Source: Limnothrix sp. BL-A-16 (GTDB lineage Bacteria; Cyanobacteriota; Cyanobacteriia; CACIAM-69d). Taken from it: 64,000 nt of DNA. The notes beneath the pieces are model-generated. The model had not been told where the DNA came from. It saw only the letters and a program-made list of their open reading frames with translations, and ran no database searches. Below are positions 20,079 through 31,800 of this stretch, in pieces. The DNA lies in NCBI GenBank assembly GCA_041937175.2, contig CP166615.1, positions 288,001 to 352,000 on the forward strand, in the 5' to 3' direction. The position numbers and the translations under genes were made by a program. Positions within the stretch are counted from its first letter, which is position 1. Every line of letters starts with the position of its first letter.

Positions 20079-20456
20079 ATGACTAAACAAGTGCTTGTTA
20101 TTGATGATGAACCAGACATGCGAGAAATTGCGCGCATTGGTCTGGAGGTTTGTAACGGTTGGCAGGTGTTGTTGGCGGCTTCCGGTGCTGAAGGAATTGC
20201 CATGGCCGCAGCCCAACAACCCGATGCGATTTTGTTAGATGTGATGATGCCCCAAATGGATGGCACGGCAACCTTGGAAGCATTGCAAAAAAATCCCTCC
20301 ACCAGTCATATTCCTGTCATTTTGTTGACCGCCAAGGTGCAAGCGGCCGATCGCCAACGCTATGCCCACTTGAAGGCGGCAGCGGTGGTTACGAAGCCGT
20401 TTGATCCTTTGGTGTTAGGAGATTCCATTTGTCAAATTTTGGGCTGGTCTGCCTAA
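20079..20456 (+). CDS. Single-domain response regulator
   Basis: VLVIDDE, ILLDVMMP, LLTAK, TKPFDP. Confidence 0.92.
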   Translation: MTKQVLVIDDEPDMREIARIGLEVCNGWQVLLAASGAEGIAMAAAQQPDAILLDVMMPQMDGTATLEALQKNPSTSHIPVILLTAKVQAADRQRYAHLKAAAVVTKPFDPLVLGDSICQILGWSA

Positions 20457-20567
20457 TCATGCGATCGAAATCCATAGGCTGATCGGTTTGGCAATGGGGC
20501 GATCGAGTCCAATTCAGCCCAATTTAGCCCAATTTAGCCCGATCAAATTCCATTGCACTGGAGCAGG

Positions 20568-21437
20568 TTACACCGAGTCCAGAGGCTCAATGGCTAATTC
20601 AAAGGTCATGTGGGCCGAGGCCGATCGCCCGCGAAATGTGCCCGGCATGGGGGCCGTGTTTTGGGGGAACGCGCTGGCGGCCAGGGGAATATGCCGATCG
20701 GCCGTGACCAGCCCTTGGGTGGGGTCATAGCCTCGCCATCCGGCCCCCGGCAAGAACACTTCAACCCAGGCGTGCAGGTACTTTTCGGGCTGCTTGGGGT
20801 CGCCAGCCTCGTAGCCGCTGACAAACCGCACCGCCAAGCCCACCACTCGGCAAACTTCCATAAACAAAACCGACAAATCACGACAGGAGCCGGTTTTGCG
20901 CCGCCAAGTCATGCCTGGCGGCATCGGGTCGCCAGTTTCTCGCGGCTGATAGAAGCAGTGGTTATAGACCGTTTGGTTCAAGTCGCCCAAAAAGTCCAGG
21001 GTGTTGCCATGGTTTTTGTAAAGCAACCCTTGGGCCAACTCCCAAATGGCGGGATCGAGCCGCTCGCTCCCCAACCGTTGATCGCTCAGATAAGGCCGCA
21101 CCTGGGCCAGCGTTGAAGCGGGATAGTCGAAGGGGAGCGACAGGGCCCAAGGTTCCAACAGAAAGTGAAACGGGTTCGATCGCAAGGTTTCCACGACGCT
21201 GGTGGCCTTCACCTGCAAGGATTCCACCAGATCCCGGTTAAACCAACTTTGAATGACTGTGTTGCCTTCTAGGTCAAAAATATCGGCTAAACCCAGGGGG
21301 GGCGGCGATACCTGAAGCTGAAAATCGTGCAAGACCTGAGATCCATCGCAGCGGGGCCGCAATCGCAGGGTATGGGGGCCAAGTTCGACGGGTTGGCTAT
21401 AGGTGTAATGGATTGCGTGATGGATGCGATAGCGCAT
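20568..21437 (-). CDS. Transglutaminase-like family protein
   Basis: LRLRPR, GSCRDL, RFVSGY, HAWVEV, GWRGYDPT. Confidence 0.92.
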   Translation of the reverse strand: MRYRIHHAIHYTYSQPVELGPHTLRLRPRCDGSQVLHDFQLQVSPPPLGLADIFDLEGNTVIQSWFNRDLVESLQVKATSVVETLRSNPFHFLLEPWALSLPFDYPASTLAQVRPYLSDQRLGSERLDPAIWELAQGLLYKNHGNTLDFLGDLNQTVYNHCFYQPRETGDPMPPGMTWRRKTGSCRDLSVLFMEVCRVVGLAVRFVSGYEAGDPKQPEKYLHAWVEVFLPGAGWRGYDPTQGLVTADRHIPLAASAFPQNTAPMPGTFRGRSASAHMTFELAIEPLDSV

Positions 21438-21515
21438 GGCCCGGCCTAACGAACAATGGGGATTCCATGGCCATTTTAAGGAAGTCGCCCTTGGAAGTGG
21501 TTTTTACAAGGTGGC

Positions 21516-22184
21516 TTACGATCGCGCTGATCGCCCCCGACGTTTGGCCGGACGACTTCGGGGCGATCGAACCGCCTGTTCGCCCCTAGTCGCTGAGGCT
21601 GGCTGGGAGGATTGGGCGATCGCCCGCAAACTGGCGAGTTCCGTTGCGCTCAGGAAGCGCCACTGGCCCGGCTCCAACCCCGCCAAGGTGAGCGACCCGA
21701 TCGCCACCCGCACCAGGCGCAGGGTGGGATGGCCCACGGCCGCCGTCATCCGTCGCACCTGGCGATTGCGGCCTTCGGTGAGGGTTAATTCTAGCCAGGC
21801 GGTGGGCACGGATTTCCGAAACCGAATCGGCGGATTGCGAGGCGGCAGGGTTGGCTCCTCGGGCAACAGACGCACCTGAGCGGGGCGGGTTCGGTAGTCT
21901 TGAATGGTCACGCCCCGTTGCAGTTGGGCGATCGCCGGATCCGGGGGAATCTGTTCCACCTGGGCCCAGTAGGTGCGGGGATGACCCCAGCGGGGATCGC
22001 TTAACCGGTGTTGCAGCGGCCCATCGTCCGACAGCAGCATTAACCCTTCGCTGTCCCAATCCAACCGCCCGATCGGGTAGATCTCAGGCACATCAATAAA
22101 GTCCTTCAGGGTGGCCTTGCCCTCGGAGGGGCTGAATTGGCTCATCACCTGAAAGGGCTTATAAAACAGGACGTAGCGGGCCAT
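21516..22184 (-). CDS. rluE: 23S rRNA pseudouridine synthase (RsuA/RluE family)
   Basis: [42 protein letters not shown]. Confidence 0.88.
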   Translation of the reverse strand: MARYVLFYKPFQVMSQFSPSEGKATLKDFIDVPEIYPIGRLDWDSEGLMLLSDDGPLQHRLSDPRWGHPRTYWAQVEQIPPDPAIAQLQRGVTIQDYRTRPAQVRLLPEEPTLPPRNPPIRFRKSVPTAWLELTLTEGRNRQVRRMTAAVGHPTLRLVRVAIGSLTLAGLEPGQWRFLSATELASLRAIAQSSQPASATRGEQAVRSPRSRPAKRRGRSARS

Positions 22185-22246
22185 GGTCGGGCGGGGAATA
22201 GGGGGAAGGGGCAGTACTGTGTTGCAGTGCTTTGCAGTGCTGTGTT

Positions 22247-24004
22247 TTAGTATTGGCTGCCCGATCGCCGGTGATGAACCGCTGTGACCCCTGTGGTGTC
22301 GAGCACTTTGCCGCTGTTGGCAGTGGCATACACCACCCAGTGATCGCCACATTCCATGCGACTGCGCACGGTGCATTCTAGAAAAGCCAGGGCATCGGTC
22401 AACAAAGGACAACCGTTGCTGGCGGTTTCCACTTGTAACCCCTCGAATCGATCGGCCCCTGGCGGAAAGTTTTTCATGAAGTGCCGCCGTAGTTGTTTGC
22501 CTTCCGCCAACACGTTCAGGACAAACTGCGAACCCTCATGCATCAAGGACTCGATCGCCCGTTCCTTGGCCACGGCGATCGTCACCCCCGGTGGCTTGAA
22601 GGTGGCTTGGGAAACCCAAGAGGCGAGCATTGCTGTGTTTACGTCATCTTGGCTGGCGGTGACCACGCACAGGGAACCCACCACGCGCCCCACGGCCTGG
22701 GCTGTGCGATCGGCTGTCCCGGCGGCCGGTTTGGGGGAGCGGCGTTTGTTGGCCCGTTGCAGGGCCTGGGCAAAGTCCGTGCCCGCCTCTTCGCACTGTT
22801 GCAGAACCGCTTGAGTGGGGGCAAATTTGACCCGGATCGTGGGCATGGCGAATTGGTAACCCCCGTCCTGGAGTTTGTTTTCCAGCAGGTCGATCGCCTC
22901 GCCGCTCCAACCAAAGGAACCAAACACCCCGGCGGGTTTGCTCTTGTCAGCGCTGTTTAGAACAATGCCCAGGGCCGTTTGAATTTGGGTGGGAGCATGG
23001 CCGCCCAAGGTGGGGGAGCCGATGATGAAACCGGCGCATTTCTCGATCGCCCCTTTAATTTCCTCTGGATCCAGATATTCGCAGTTGATGGACTCCACCG
23101 CCACGCCAGCCTTGGTGATACCTCGGGCAATGCTTTGGGCCACGGCGGCCGTGTTGCCATAGGCCGAGGCGAAAATCAGGGCCACAGAAAGTTCCTTTTC
23201 TGTCTGCTGTTGCGTCCAGTGGCGATAGGCGTGGCGCAGTTCCGCAAAGCCATAGCGCACGATCGGCCCGTGGCCCGGCGCATAGGTGACGGCGGGCAGG
23301 TCGTCTAGCTTGTCCAGGGCGGTGCTGACCTGTTTGGACTGGGAAGCGTGCAGACAGTCGTAATAAAACCGTCGATCGTCCTCATAGATCTGCCAGCCCT
23401 CATCAAAAATCTGATCGCCGCAAACATGTGCCCCGTAAAGCTTATCAGTGAAGGCAATCTGGCTGGCGGGGTCGTAGGTAACCATGCCATCGGGCCAACG
23501 GGGAGTCGGAATCGGGATGAATTTCAGCAGGTGGCCTTGGCCCAGGTCAAGGGTTTCTTCGCCACGCACCACCTCGATCGCCAAGTCCCGATCGGGAAAG
23601 AGCGATCGCAGGGTGATGGCCGCCGGATTCGAGCAAATGAAACGCGGAGGCTGGCTGGCTTCCAGGAGTTTTTCAATGGTGGCGGCCCGGTTGGCGTTCA
23701 GGTGGCCCAAAATTACGTAGTCGATCGCCCGATCGCCCAACCGCTGCGCCAATTTGTTCAAAAACACATCGGTGAAGGTTTGCCCCGGCGGGTCAATCAG
23801 GGCCACCTGATCGCCTTGAATCAGATAGGCATTGGCGGTCGTGCCTTTTTTGAGGGAATATTCAATTTCAAATTTCAGGCGTTCCCAGGTGCGCGATCGC
23901 AACACGGTGGTGCCAGGGCCGATCGGCATCACTTGCACGTCGCGGGGTTTGGCCGTTGGGGGGGTTGCTGTGGCGATCGTCATTGCTGTGGCTCCGTGGT
24001 TCAA
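22247..24004 (-). CDS. flv1: Flavodiiron (diflavin) protein, Flv1-type
   Basis: Beta-lactamase-like, flavodoxin (SAYGNT) and flavin reductase domains; [14 protein letters not shown] and non-canonical iron ligands (GHLNANR) as in Flv1/Flv2. Start may be 23983. Confidence 0.85.
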   Translation of the reverse strand: MNHGATAMTIATATPPTAKPRDVQVMPIGPGTTVLRSRTWERLKFEIEYSLKKGTTANAYLIQGDQVALIDPPGQTFTDVFLNKLAQRLGDRAIDYVILGHLNANRAATIEKLLEASQPPRFICSNPAAITLRSLFPDRDLAIEVVRGEETLDLGQGHLLKFIPIPTPRWPDGMVTYDPASQIAFTDKLYGAHVCGDQIFDEGWQIYEDDRRFYYDCLHASQSKQVSTALDKLDDLPAVTYAPGHGPIVRYGFAELRHAYRHWTQQQTEKELSVALIFASAYGNTAAVAQSIARGITKAGVAVESINCEYLDPEEIKGAIEKCAGFIIGSPTLGGHAPTQIQTALGIVLNSADKSKPAGVFGSFGWSGEAIDLLENKLQDGGYQFAMPTIRVKFAPTQAVLQQCEEAGTDFAQALQRANKRRSPKPAAGTADRTAQAVGRVVGSLCVVTASQDDVNTAMLASWVSQATFKPPGVTIAVAKERAIESLMHEGSQFVLNVLAEGKQLRRHFMKNFPPGADRFEGLQVETASNGCPLLTDALAFLECTVRSRMECGDHWVVYATANSGKVLDTTGVTAVHHRRSGSQY

Positions 24005-24235
24005 GCCTGATCCCTATTGTTGCCATCCTAGCGGGATCGTGGGCGCAATCAACGGGCGATCGCTTTGCGAAATGTAATCGGCTGGTTAATTAAATCTGAG
24101 TCTTGGGTCACCATTGCAGCGAAAATTCAAATTCAAATTGTATTTCTTGAATGACGATTGATCGATGACTTGATAACAGTCTACTGCTATGTTTCTGAAA
24201 ACTAAAATCAAGTGAGTATTGGCATTCTTTGAGCT

Positions 24236-24559
24236 ATGATTCAATCTTTAATTCTCTTCGTGATCTCTGGGCTATTTGAAATTGGTGGTGGATATTTAGT
24301 ATGGCTGACCCTTCGGGAAGGAAAAACAGCTTGGTTTGCGGTAATTGGGGTCATCCTGCTTGGCTTCTATGGTGCTGTGCCGACGTTGTAACCAACCAAT
24401 TTTGGACGCGCTTATGCTGCCTATGGCGGAGTTTTTGTTGTTCTATCAATTTTCTGGGGTTGGTTTGTTGATCGAGTAGTACCCGATAAATTTGACTATT
24501 TTGGAGGATGGATGATTATTTTGGGTGTCTTAGTCATGATGTATGCGCCTAGAAGCTAA
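24236..24559 (+). pseudogene. ynfA: YnfA/UPF0060 small membrane protein with in-frame stop
   Basis: Hand translation [24 protein letters not shown]...[20 protein letters not shown]...MMYAPRS; TAA at 24389-24391. Confidence 0.85.
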
Positions 24560-24775
24560 TTTTTAAAATAAAAGTTGGTACTGATTTTCCTACAACAGAA
24601 TTAGTTGAGAAATTGATGATCAATACCAACTCATGAAGGTGCAACAAACCAGCCTGGCTACAGCTTGGATAGTATTTCAACTGACCTAACTTCCCTACCA
24701 AAACGTTTCGCTCGATCGGCAACGCGCTTGGCAAAAAGTGGAGCTAGGAGTCATGAACCCGTGGAGTGAAGTTGG

Positions 24776-26191
24776 CTAGCCCATGCCCAGCAGTTTTTTA
24801 ATCGTGCCGACCTTTTGGGCATAGGGGGCATAGCGCCAATCTAAATCGAGCCAAGTGGCCTTCTTCAAAACACTGCGATAGTGCGAGAAGGTGTCGAAGC
24901 TGGCCTTGCCGTGATAGCTACCGATGCCGCTGTCGCCCACCCCACCAAAGGGCAGCGACGGACAACCCACATGCATCACCGTTTCATTGATGCAAACACC
25001 GCCGGAACTGGTGCGATCGAGCAAGTAGCGTTGGGTTTGGGTATTTTCTGAAAACACATAGAGCGCCAGGGGTTTGGGGCGACTGTTCACTTGGGCGATC
25101 GCCTGATCCAGTTGGTCGTAGGGCAACACCGGCAGAATGGGCCCAAAGATTTCATCGGCCATCACGGGGCTGTCCCAATCCACATCGGTGAGAATCGTGG
25201 GGGCAATGTAGCGATCGGCTCGATTGTGTTGACCGCCCAAGAACGGTTTCCCGGACTCCAGCAAAGCAGCCAATCGATCGAACTGGCGATCATTAATAAT
25301 TCGCCCAAAATCCCCGCTCTGGGCCGGATCAGTTCCATAAAACGCCGTAACCGCCTCGCGCAATTGGGCCAGCAACTCCGGCATCACCGCCCGATCGACC
25401 AGCAGATAATCCGGTGCGATGCAAGTTTGGCCCGCATTCAGGAATTTGCCCCAAGCGATCCGCTTCGCCGCGATCGCCAGATTCGCATCCGCCGTCACAA
25501 AACAAGGACTCTTGCCCCCCAGCTCCAGGGTGACCGGCGTGAGGTGCTTGGCCGCCGCCGCCATCACCACACGCCCAATGGTTGTCCCACCCGTGAAGAA
25601 GATATGGTCAAACTTATTGACCAACAGGGCTTGGCTGGTGGCAGCATCCCCTTCAAACACCGCCACAAAAGCCGGGTCAAAGGTTTCCCGAATCAGGGTT
25701 GCCACCACGGCCGCACTGGCCGGGGCCACTTCCGAGGGCTTGATGATCGCGCAATTTCCCGCCGCGATTGCCCCCACCAACGGAGAAATCGCCAAAGAAA
25801 AGGGATAGTTCCAGGGGCCAATAATCAGCGCCACCCCCAGGGGTTGCGGTTCAATCCAAGCGGAACCGGGCCATTGATCGATCGACAACTTCGCCTTTTG
25901 GGGCTTGGCCCATTGGGCTAAATTTTTCAGGGCCCCGTCAATTTCTGTAATCGAAGCCAACTCAAAATAGGCCTCATATTCCGGTCGGCCCAAATCCTGT
26001 TGTACTGCCGCCACGATCTCCGCCTGTTTGGCCTGAATCGCTTGGCGTAGCTTGGTTAATTGGGCGCGCCGAAAATCCAAGTCACGGGTGCGGCCGGTGG
26101 CAAAAAACTGTCGTTGGCGATCGAGGGTTTCCCGAATTTGGGCTTCAAGATCCCGATGAGCCGAATTGGTCGGTTGCGTGGCGATCACCAT
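24776..26191 (-). CDS. Aldehyde dehydrogenase (class 3-like)
   Basis: PWNYP, KPSE, FTGG, LELGGKSP, NAGQTCIAPDY, EIFGP, PFGGVG. Confidence 0.95.
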   Translation of the reverse strand: MVIATQPTNSAHRDLEAQIRETLDRQRQFFATGRTRDLDFRRAQLTKLRQAIQAKQAEIVAAVQQDLGRPEYEAYFELASITEIDGALKNLAQWAKPQKAKLSIDQWPGSAWIEPQPLGVALIIGPWNYPFSLAISPLVGAIAAGNCAIIKPSEVAPASAAVVATLIRETFDPAFVAVFEGDAATSQALLVNKFDHIFFTGGTTIGRVVMAAAAKHLTPVTLELGGKSPCFVTADANLAIAAKRIAWGKFLNAGQTCIAPDYLLVDRAVMPELLAQLREAVTAFYGTDPAQSGDFGRIINDRQFDRLAALLESGKPFLGGQHNRADRYIAPTILTDVDWDSPVMADEIFGPILPVLPYDQLDQAIAQVNSRPKPLALYVFSENTQTQRYLLDRTSSGGVCINETVMHVGCPSLPFGGVGDSGIGSYHGKASFDTFSHYRSVLKKATWLDLDWRYAPYAQKVGTIKKLLGMG

Positions 26192-26379
26192 AGCTGTTGA
26201 TTAACCCTTGAATGACTCGAAAGGGAATTGTCCCGCAAGTGTGTGCTGATTACTAATCTACTGAAAAATTCCGGTTCCAGCTTCAGAACGGTAACCAGGA
26301 TCTAGCATCCGTCCAGTTAAGCTCAATGGGCACTGGAAGGCTGATTTTTTCAACCGATCTGCCTCAGGCAAGGGGATTA

Positions 26380-26521
26380 GGGAGTGTTGTCATTTTTCGA
26401 GGTGATGCTGAAATGATTGATCTTCCATGCCCTAATCGTCGTAACAAGATGCTCAAGCCCCTTGTCCCCCACGATCCGCTAACGGTAGATCTAGGGTTTC
26501 GTGCTCAACGACGATAGGCCC
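26380..26521 (-). mobile_element. 142-bp MITE (GGG-ended family) inserted into the palindrome of an older, decayed copy
   Basis: Ends GGGAGTGTTGTCA / CGACGATAGGCCC; flanks GGCAAGGGGATTA and TAAGCCCCTTGCC; reverse-complement homologous to 39512-39653. Confidence 0.82.
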
Positions 26522-26584
26522 TAAGCCCCTTGCCTTCGATCGCGTAACGATGGAATTAGGCGCTTGGACAGATGCTCACCAGCA

Positions 26585-27631
26585 TTAGGCCGAGGTGGGC
26601 AAATCTTGCACAAAATCGAGGGTGAAAGCCTTGCGATAATCAAGTGTTTTGGGATAGACCCCATACTCAACCATATTTTCAAAAAATTCCTTCCAGCGGG
26701 CTTCGGTCATGTAGCCAATACCGTTAGTAATTGCATCGCCCGAAAGCACAATGCCGTATTCCTTCAGCTTCCCGAGACCATAGATTAGGCGATCGTCCGT
26801 CATCTCCGGATAGTCTTTTTTAATCAATGCATTGCCGGGCGCTGGATCGGCTAAATAGCTATACCAACCTTTGGCAGAAGCCTGCACAAACCGTTTCACC
26901 ACATCGGGCTTATCGGCAATCATTTGGGATGTGGTGTCAATGGTGGTGGCGTAGGGTTTATAGCCCACATCAGCCAGCAGGAAAACGCTGGGCTTGAAGC
27001 CGCCCTCTTTTTCGATGGTGTAGGGTTCTGAGGTGACAAATCCCTGCTGGGCGGAAGTTTTATCAGCCAAAAAGGGGGCGGGGTTAAAGTTATAAACCCG
27101 GCGCTGACTGTCCGTAAATCCATATTTTTTAGCCAACAGTCCCCAAAAATCTGAAACCGCTTGGGGCGTGACAAACAGGGGCTTTCCCTTCAATTCCGAC
27201 AAATCTTTCACGCCGGGATGGGCCACAATGCAGCGGGGATCCTTTTGGAAATAGGCGGCGACGGTGATTTTGGGAACGCCTTCTGCGACGGCATTGAGGG
27301 CGATCGTGCTGTTGCTCATGGCAAAGTCCACCACTTTCCCAAACAGCAGTTGTGTGCCCGTGGCCGCCTGGGGGCCGCCCATCCGAATTTTTACATCCAG
27401 GCCATATTCCTTGTAAATACCGGTGGCCAGGGCTTGGTAAAAGCCGCCATGCTCCGCCTGGGCAACCCAGTCTGTGGCGAGGGTGACCCGATCGAGGCCC
27501 TTTTCACCGGTTGGGCTAGGTTCGCTGCTGGTGCTGTTGCCGCAGGCGGTGACCAAGCCGGAACTCAGGGCGATCGCCCCATATTGCAGCAACCGACGAC
27601 GGGTGAAGGCGGAATCGTTCAACGGAGACAT
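26585..27631 (-). CDS. NMT1/THI5-like ABC transporter substrate-binding lipoprotein
   Basis: RRRLL...LVTAC signal, TDWVAQAEHGGFYQALATG, QQGFVTSEP. Confidence 0.88.
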   Translation of the reverse strand: MSPLNDSAFTRRRLLQYGAIALSSGLVTACGNSTSSEPSPTGEKGLDRVTLATDWVAQAEHGGFYQALATGIYKEYGLDVKIRMGGPQAATGTQLLFGKVVDFAMSNSTIALNAVAEGVPKITVAAYFQKDPRCIVAHPGVKDLSELKGKPLFVTPQAVSDFWGLLAKKYGFTDSQRRVYNFNPAPFLADKTSAQQGFVTSEPYTIEKEGGFKPSVFLLADVGYKPYATTIDTTSQMIADKPDVVKRFVQASAKGWYSYLADPAPGNALIKKDYPEMTDDRLIYGLGKLKEYGIVLSGDAITNGIGYMTEARWKEFFENMVEYGVYPKTLDYRKAFTLDFVQDLPTSA

Positions 27632-27771
27632 AGGGTTAATTCACGAGAAACTTGAGGATTTTGAGTGCAACGGTTCGATCGGCCAGTCCTGGTCAGCCCT
27701 GCCCCTTGAATTCTAAACTTCCCATGCTTTACGCGGGATCCCAGCAGTTTTTAAAGCTGCGAGATCACAGC

Positions 27772-27806
27772 AAGCCCACGCTGCCATCGAGAGCAAGCGT
27801 GGGCTT
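27772..27806. terminator. GC-rich hairpin, possible intrinsic terminator
   Basis: AAGCCCACGCT...AGCGTGGGCTT, perfect 11-bp stem. Confidence 0.5.
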
Positions 27807-27870
27807 TTGGAATCAGTTTTGTAAGATTCTTGGGGGGATGATTGGTTGCAGGGTTTGGATATCGTGGGAG

Positions 27871-27890
27871 CAAGGGGCTTAAGCCCCTTG
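27871..27890. repeat. Solo CAAGGGGCTTAAGCCCCTTG palindrome
   Basis: Exact 20-bp palindrome. Confidence 0.9.
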
Positions 27891-27898
27891 TCTTTGTT

Positions 27899-27972
27899 GA
27901 GCACTGGAGCTGAGAGCACTGGAGCTGAGAGCACTGGAGCTGAGAGTACTGGAGCTGAGAGCACTGGGGCTG
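27899..27972. repeat. 15-bp tandem repeat, about 5 copies (GAGCACTGGAGCTGA)
   Basis: Read directly from the sequence. Confidence 0.9.
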
Positions 27973-28035
27973 GCAGATTACAGATTTGGTGCTGATTCAA
28001 GCTATCCAGAGCCAGCCTCGGGGTAACCACCCGGC

Positions 28036-28665
28036 CTAGCTGGTGAGGCTGCGGCGGCGGGATTGGGCTTCGTAGCTGGAGCCGATGTCGGTGCGAACGC
28101 GACTCAGTTCCCAGCCCCGTTCCAGGCGATCGCGATAGGTATCCAAGCCTTCGTCGTCGGCCGCGCGATCGAGCACTTCCCGATAAATGCGGTGGATCGC
28201 CACTTGTGCTTCAGCGCTGTTGGCAATGGCCCAGCGCACCTTGCGCACTGACCAGCCCTGCTCCAGAGCGCGAACATAGGTACGCAAACCGGCCAGATCC
28301 GCCGGACGGCCCAGGACAGATTGATAGAGGCGATCGACCTCGGCCGCATGGCCAGGATCAATGCCCGTTGCCAACAGCGACTCATCCCAAGCACCGGCCA
28401 CACTCACGTACTGAGCACCGGAATCCAGACAGAGGGACTGCTGGCGATTGCCCACGCAAAGGCTGCTGGCCTGGCTGGGCAGGGCGATCGCGCTGGCGGC
28501 GAGGGTGGTGGCCAGCACGGTACTGAGCGATCGACGGGGCGATCGGCTCGGGAGCATTTGGAGCATCTCGTTGAGCTTCAGCATCAGATGCCAACCTAGG
28601 TTGCAAAGTCGGGTAGCAACGGCAAAGTCGTCTCCCCATTCTAAGGGGAAAGTTCCGAACCTCAA
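28036..28665 (-). CDS. Secreted DUF4214-like repeat protein
   Basis: Signal-like LAASAIALPSQA and two repeats LYQSVLGRPADLAGL / IYREVLDRAADDEGL; true start probably further downstream (MLKLNE or MLQML). Confidence 0.7.
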   Translation of the reverse strand: MRFGTFPLEWGDDFAVATRLCNLGWHLMLKLNEMLQMLPSRSPRRSLSTVLATTLAASAIALPSQASSLCVGNRQQSLCLDSGAQYVSVAGAWDESLLATGIDPGHAAEVDRLYQSVLGRPADLAGLRTYVRALEQGWSVRKVRWAIANSAEAQVAIHRIYREVLDRAADDEGLDTYRDRLERGWELSRVRTDIGSSYEAQSRRRSLTS

Positions 28666-28868
28666 AAGGGATCCGGCACTTGTTCACGAAACTTTCACAG
28701 AGGTTCAATGAGGTTCAATGACGGGAATTGGATTGCCCAAAGACTCCGCGACGGAAACCCGATTTGAGCTGGGTGGGTACGGGTACAAGGGGTATGGGTG
28801 GGAGGTGTGTCCGCGCTGAATGTGGGCGCTAGGTCAAAAGACTTAGAGAAAAACCTAGAGAAGAAATA

Positions 28869-31800
28869 TTAGAGAAAAACGGCTAATTTGGAACCTTCAG
28901 CGGTCTTTTGCACTTCAATGCGGGCGGTGAATGCCTCCTTGAGTTGGGGAATGTGGGTGACCGTGAGGATGCAACCAAAATCTGGGGCGATCGCATTAAT
29001 GGCTGCTACCAATCGATCGCGCCCTGCATCATCCTGGGTGCCAAATCCTTCATCAATGATCAGAAGCTGCAATGCTGTTCCCGATCGCTGGGCCAATAGT
29101 CGCGACAGGGCAAGCCGAATCGCAAAGTTAATCCGAAAGGATTCGCCACCGGAATAGGTTTCGTAGGGGCGAGTGCCTTGGGCATCGGCAATTTGAATTT
29201 CTAGGGTTTCGATAGTGGCGCTGGCTAAATCGGTTGCTTTCTGTCGCTTGGTTGCGGTTTTTTTGAGGCGTTGAGTCACAAAATTAATGTGCAGTTGATT
29301 GGCACTTAATTGGGACAAAATTCGATTGGCTTCCGCTTCCAGTTGAGGCAAAAGGGTTTCGATCGCCAAGGCTTGAATTCCATTTTTGCCAAAGGCCTTG
29401 GCCAATTCGTCATAAACGCGCTGTTGATGATGTTTCTGCTGGAGTTGTTGTCGATCGCGCCCGATCTGCTCCGCTAATTGTTGCAAAAATTCCTGCTGTT
29501 GGGAAAGTTGGGCTTGCTTGGCCACCGTTGATTCGATCGCCCGTTGCAGATCATTGAGTTGCACATCAAGCTGTTGTAAGTCCTGGCTGGGATCCGGTTG
29601 GCTGGTCAGTTGCGCTTGCACCTCTGCCCACTGTTTTGCGAGTTGATTTTGGGTTTCGGTTTGGGTCTGTTGGGCTTGGGTAAGCTGCCGTTGCCGATCG
29701 AGCAGTTGGGGCGCTTCCTGTTGGCATTGACGCAGGGTTTCTGCTCGGGCTAACCACCCCTGAGCCGATCGCAATTTTGCCCGTACCTGTTCATGGTGAT
29801 CGGGTTGATAATTCAGCGCTGCCAGTTGTTTCTTAATCAGGGCCAATTGGGCAGTTAATGAAGTAGGTTCAGCCGGGTCTAAATGACTGGCCAGGGTTTT
29901 TTGAAGTCGATCGCGCTCTGCCAATAACGCCGGTCGCCGCTGTTGCAATTGTTCTAGCTTTCGTTGGGCTTGGTTCAATTCATGCTGTTTCAGTTCGACC
30001 CACCGCCAGCGATCGACCTCAGCCCGCGCCAAGGCCAGGTTTCGATCGTCAAAATTCAAGGCTGTTAGGCGATCGTCTAACTCGGCTAGCTCATGGCGCA
30101 AATCTGGGAGCGATCGTCCCAATTCTGGTAACGGTTCGGGTACTGATCCACCCCGATCAAACCAATCCAAAGTCGCTGTCAGTTGGGCGATTGTGGCTTC
30201 CTGAGCCGCCAAGGAAATTTGCTCTTGCTCCAGGGTTTGCAGTTGTTCTTGCAGCTTGCCCCGTTCTTCAATCAAACTATTCAGGGGCTGCAATTCCTGT
30301 TTGAGGTCTCGATATTCCTGGCGCAAGATCTGAATTTCGCGTTCTGTCAAAGCCAACTGCTCTTGAAGCACCCACAGGCGATCGCGCAGTTCCGTTTCTT
30401 CGAGTTTTTGCTTGGCTTGCACTCGCTCCAGGTGATGTTGATCTAGGGGTTGATCGCACAGGGGACAAGCGCCATAGTCCTCTGATATTTCGTGAATTTC
30501 CTGATTTTGACTCTTCTGAATCGCCGGTTGCTCTGCCAGCAGGGTCATTTTTTCAGTCAGCTTTGCAAGCTGATTCTGTAAATCCACCTGCATTCCTGTT
30601 AAGCGATCAATAAACCCTTTTCGTTCAGTGCCTTTCTCTTGAACCCGATCTTGATAAACTTTGCGATTCTCAAGAGTTTGAATCCGTTGATCAATCTGTT
30701 CCCATTGCTGAACCAGTTGAGGACGACGCGCCACAGAAGCCATCGCTCGTTGCTGCAAATTCTGTAACTCTTCCAAACGAGCCACCAAGCGCGATCGCAC
30801 CCGATCACCCTCTTGAAGAAGCTGCTGTCGCCGTTGAACCAAGGGAGCTGCCTGGGTTTGCATTTGCTCCAATTGGTTTAAATGGTGGCGTGCAGCTTGC
30901 CACTGAGTTGCCGCCGATTCCACCTCCGATCGCTGATTCAGAATGCTCTGTAATTCCTGTTCCTGTTGTGCCAAATCCTGCAAGCGACTATGCAACGTGC
31001 GCTGCTCATTTTCCAATCGGTTCACTTCCCGATCGAGCGCTTGTTGTCGCTGGTTTTGCTCCGTTATCCATTGATGATACTGCTGGGATTTTTGACCCAA
31101 CATTTCATCTTCCCGTTGCCATTGCTGAAGCTGCTGAATTCCCGCTTCAATTTCCGTTTGGGCGGCCAAGGTGCGATCAATTTCTGCTTGTCGGTGGGCC
31201 AGTCGTTGACCTTCCTGGGCCAACCGTTCCAGCTCTTGGCGAATGGTTTGTTGCTGCTGCTGAATCCATTGCAATTGTTGTTGCTGGGTTTGGCGTTGCG
31301 CTGCAATCGATCGCAACTGCTCCAGTCGGGCTTCTGCCTTTTGCCGATCGCCCCGTAGCGCTTTGAGCTGTTGTTCAATGGTGGCCAACTCTTGGGCCAA
31401 ACTAGCTCGATCGGCTAGCTTTTGCTCCTGGGATTGAATCGACTCCTCCAGTTGCTTGGTTTCACCCTTCAACAGCTTTGAGCGTTCCTTCGCCTGCTCG
31501 GCCAAATCATCGTATTGCCCCAGCTTCAACAAATCCGCCAAAATGTCCTTCCGATCGGCCGGTGTTTTCAACATGAATTCATCGGCTCGTCCCTGACGCA
31601 AATAGGCCGAATTAACAAAGGTGTCATAGTCCAGCCGCAAGCGCTGCAAAATAGCTGCTTGGGTCGCTCTTGCCCCCCGTTCCGTTAAGCTGCGAAAGGC
31701 CCATTGATCGGGATCGCCCTCATCGATCGCCATCTGAAATTCCAACGCAGTGGTTTGGCCCAATCGGCGTGTTCGGATTACCCGATAAACCTCATGACCA

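Noticed and set aside
22185..22412. Long N-terminal extension of the pseudouridine synthase
   Set aside because: It overlaps flv1; homology begins at MARYVLF (22184).
27632..27900. TPP riboswitch upstream of the NMT1/THI5-like gene
   Set aside because: I could not find the CUGAGA and ACCUG core motifs on the coding strand.
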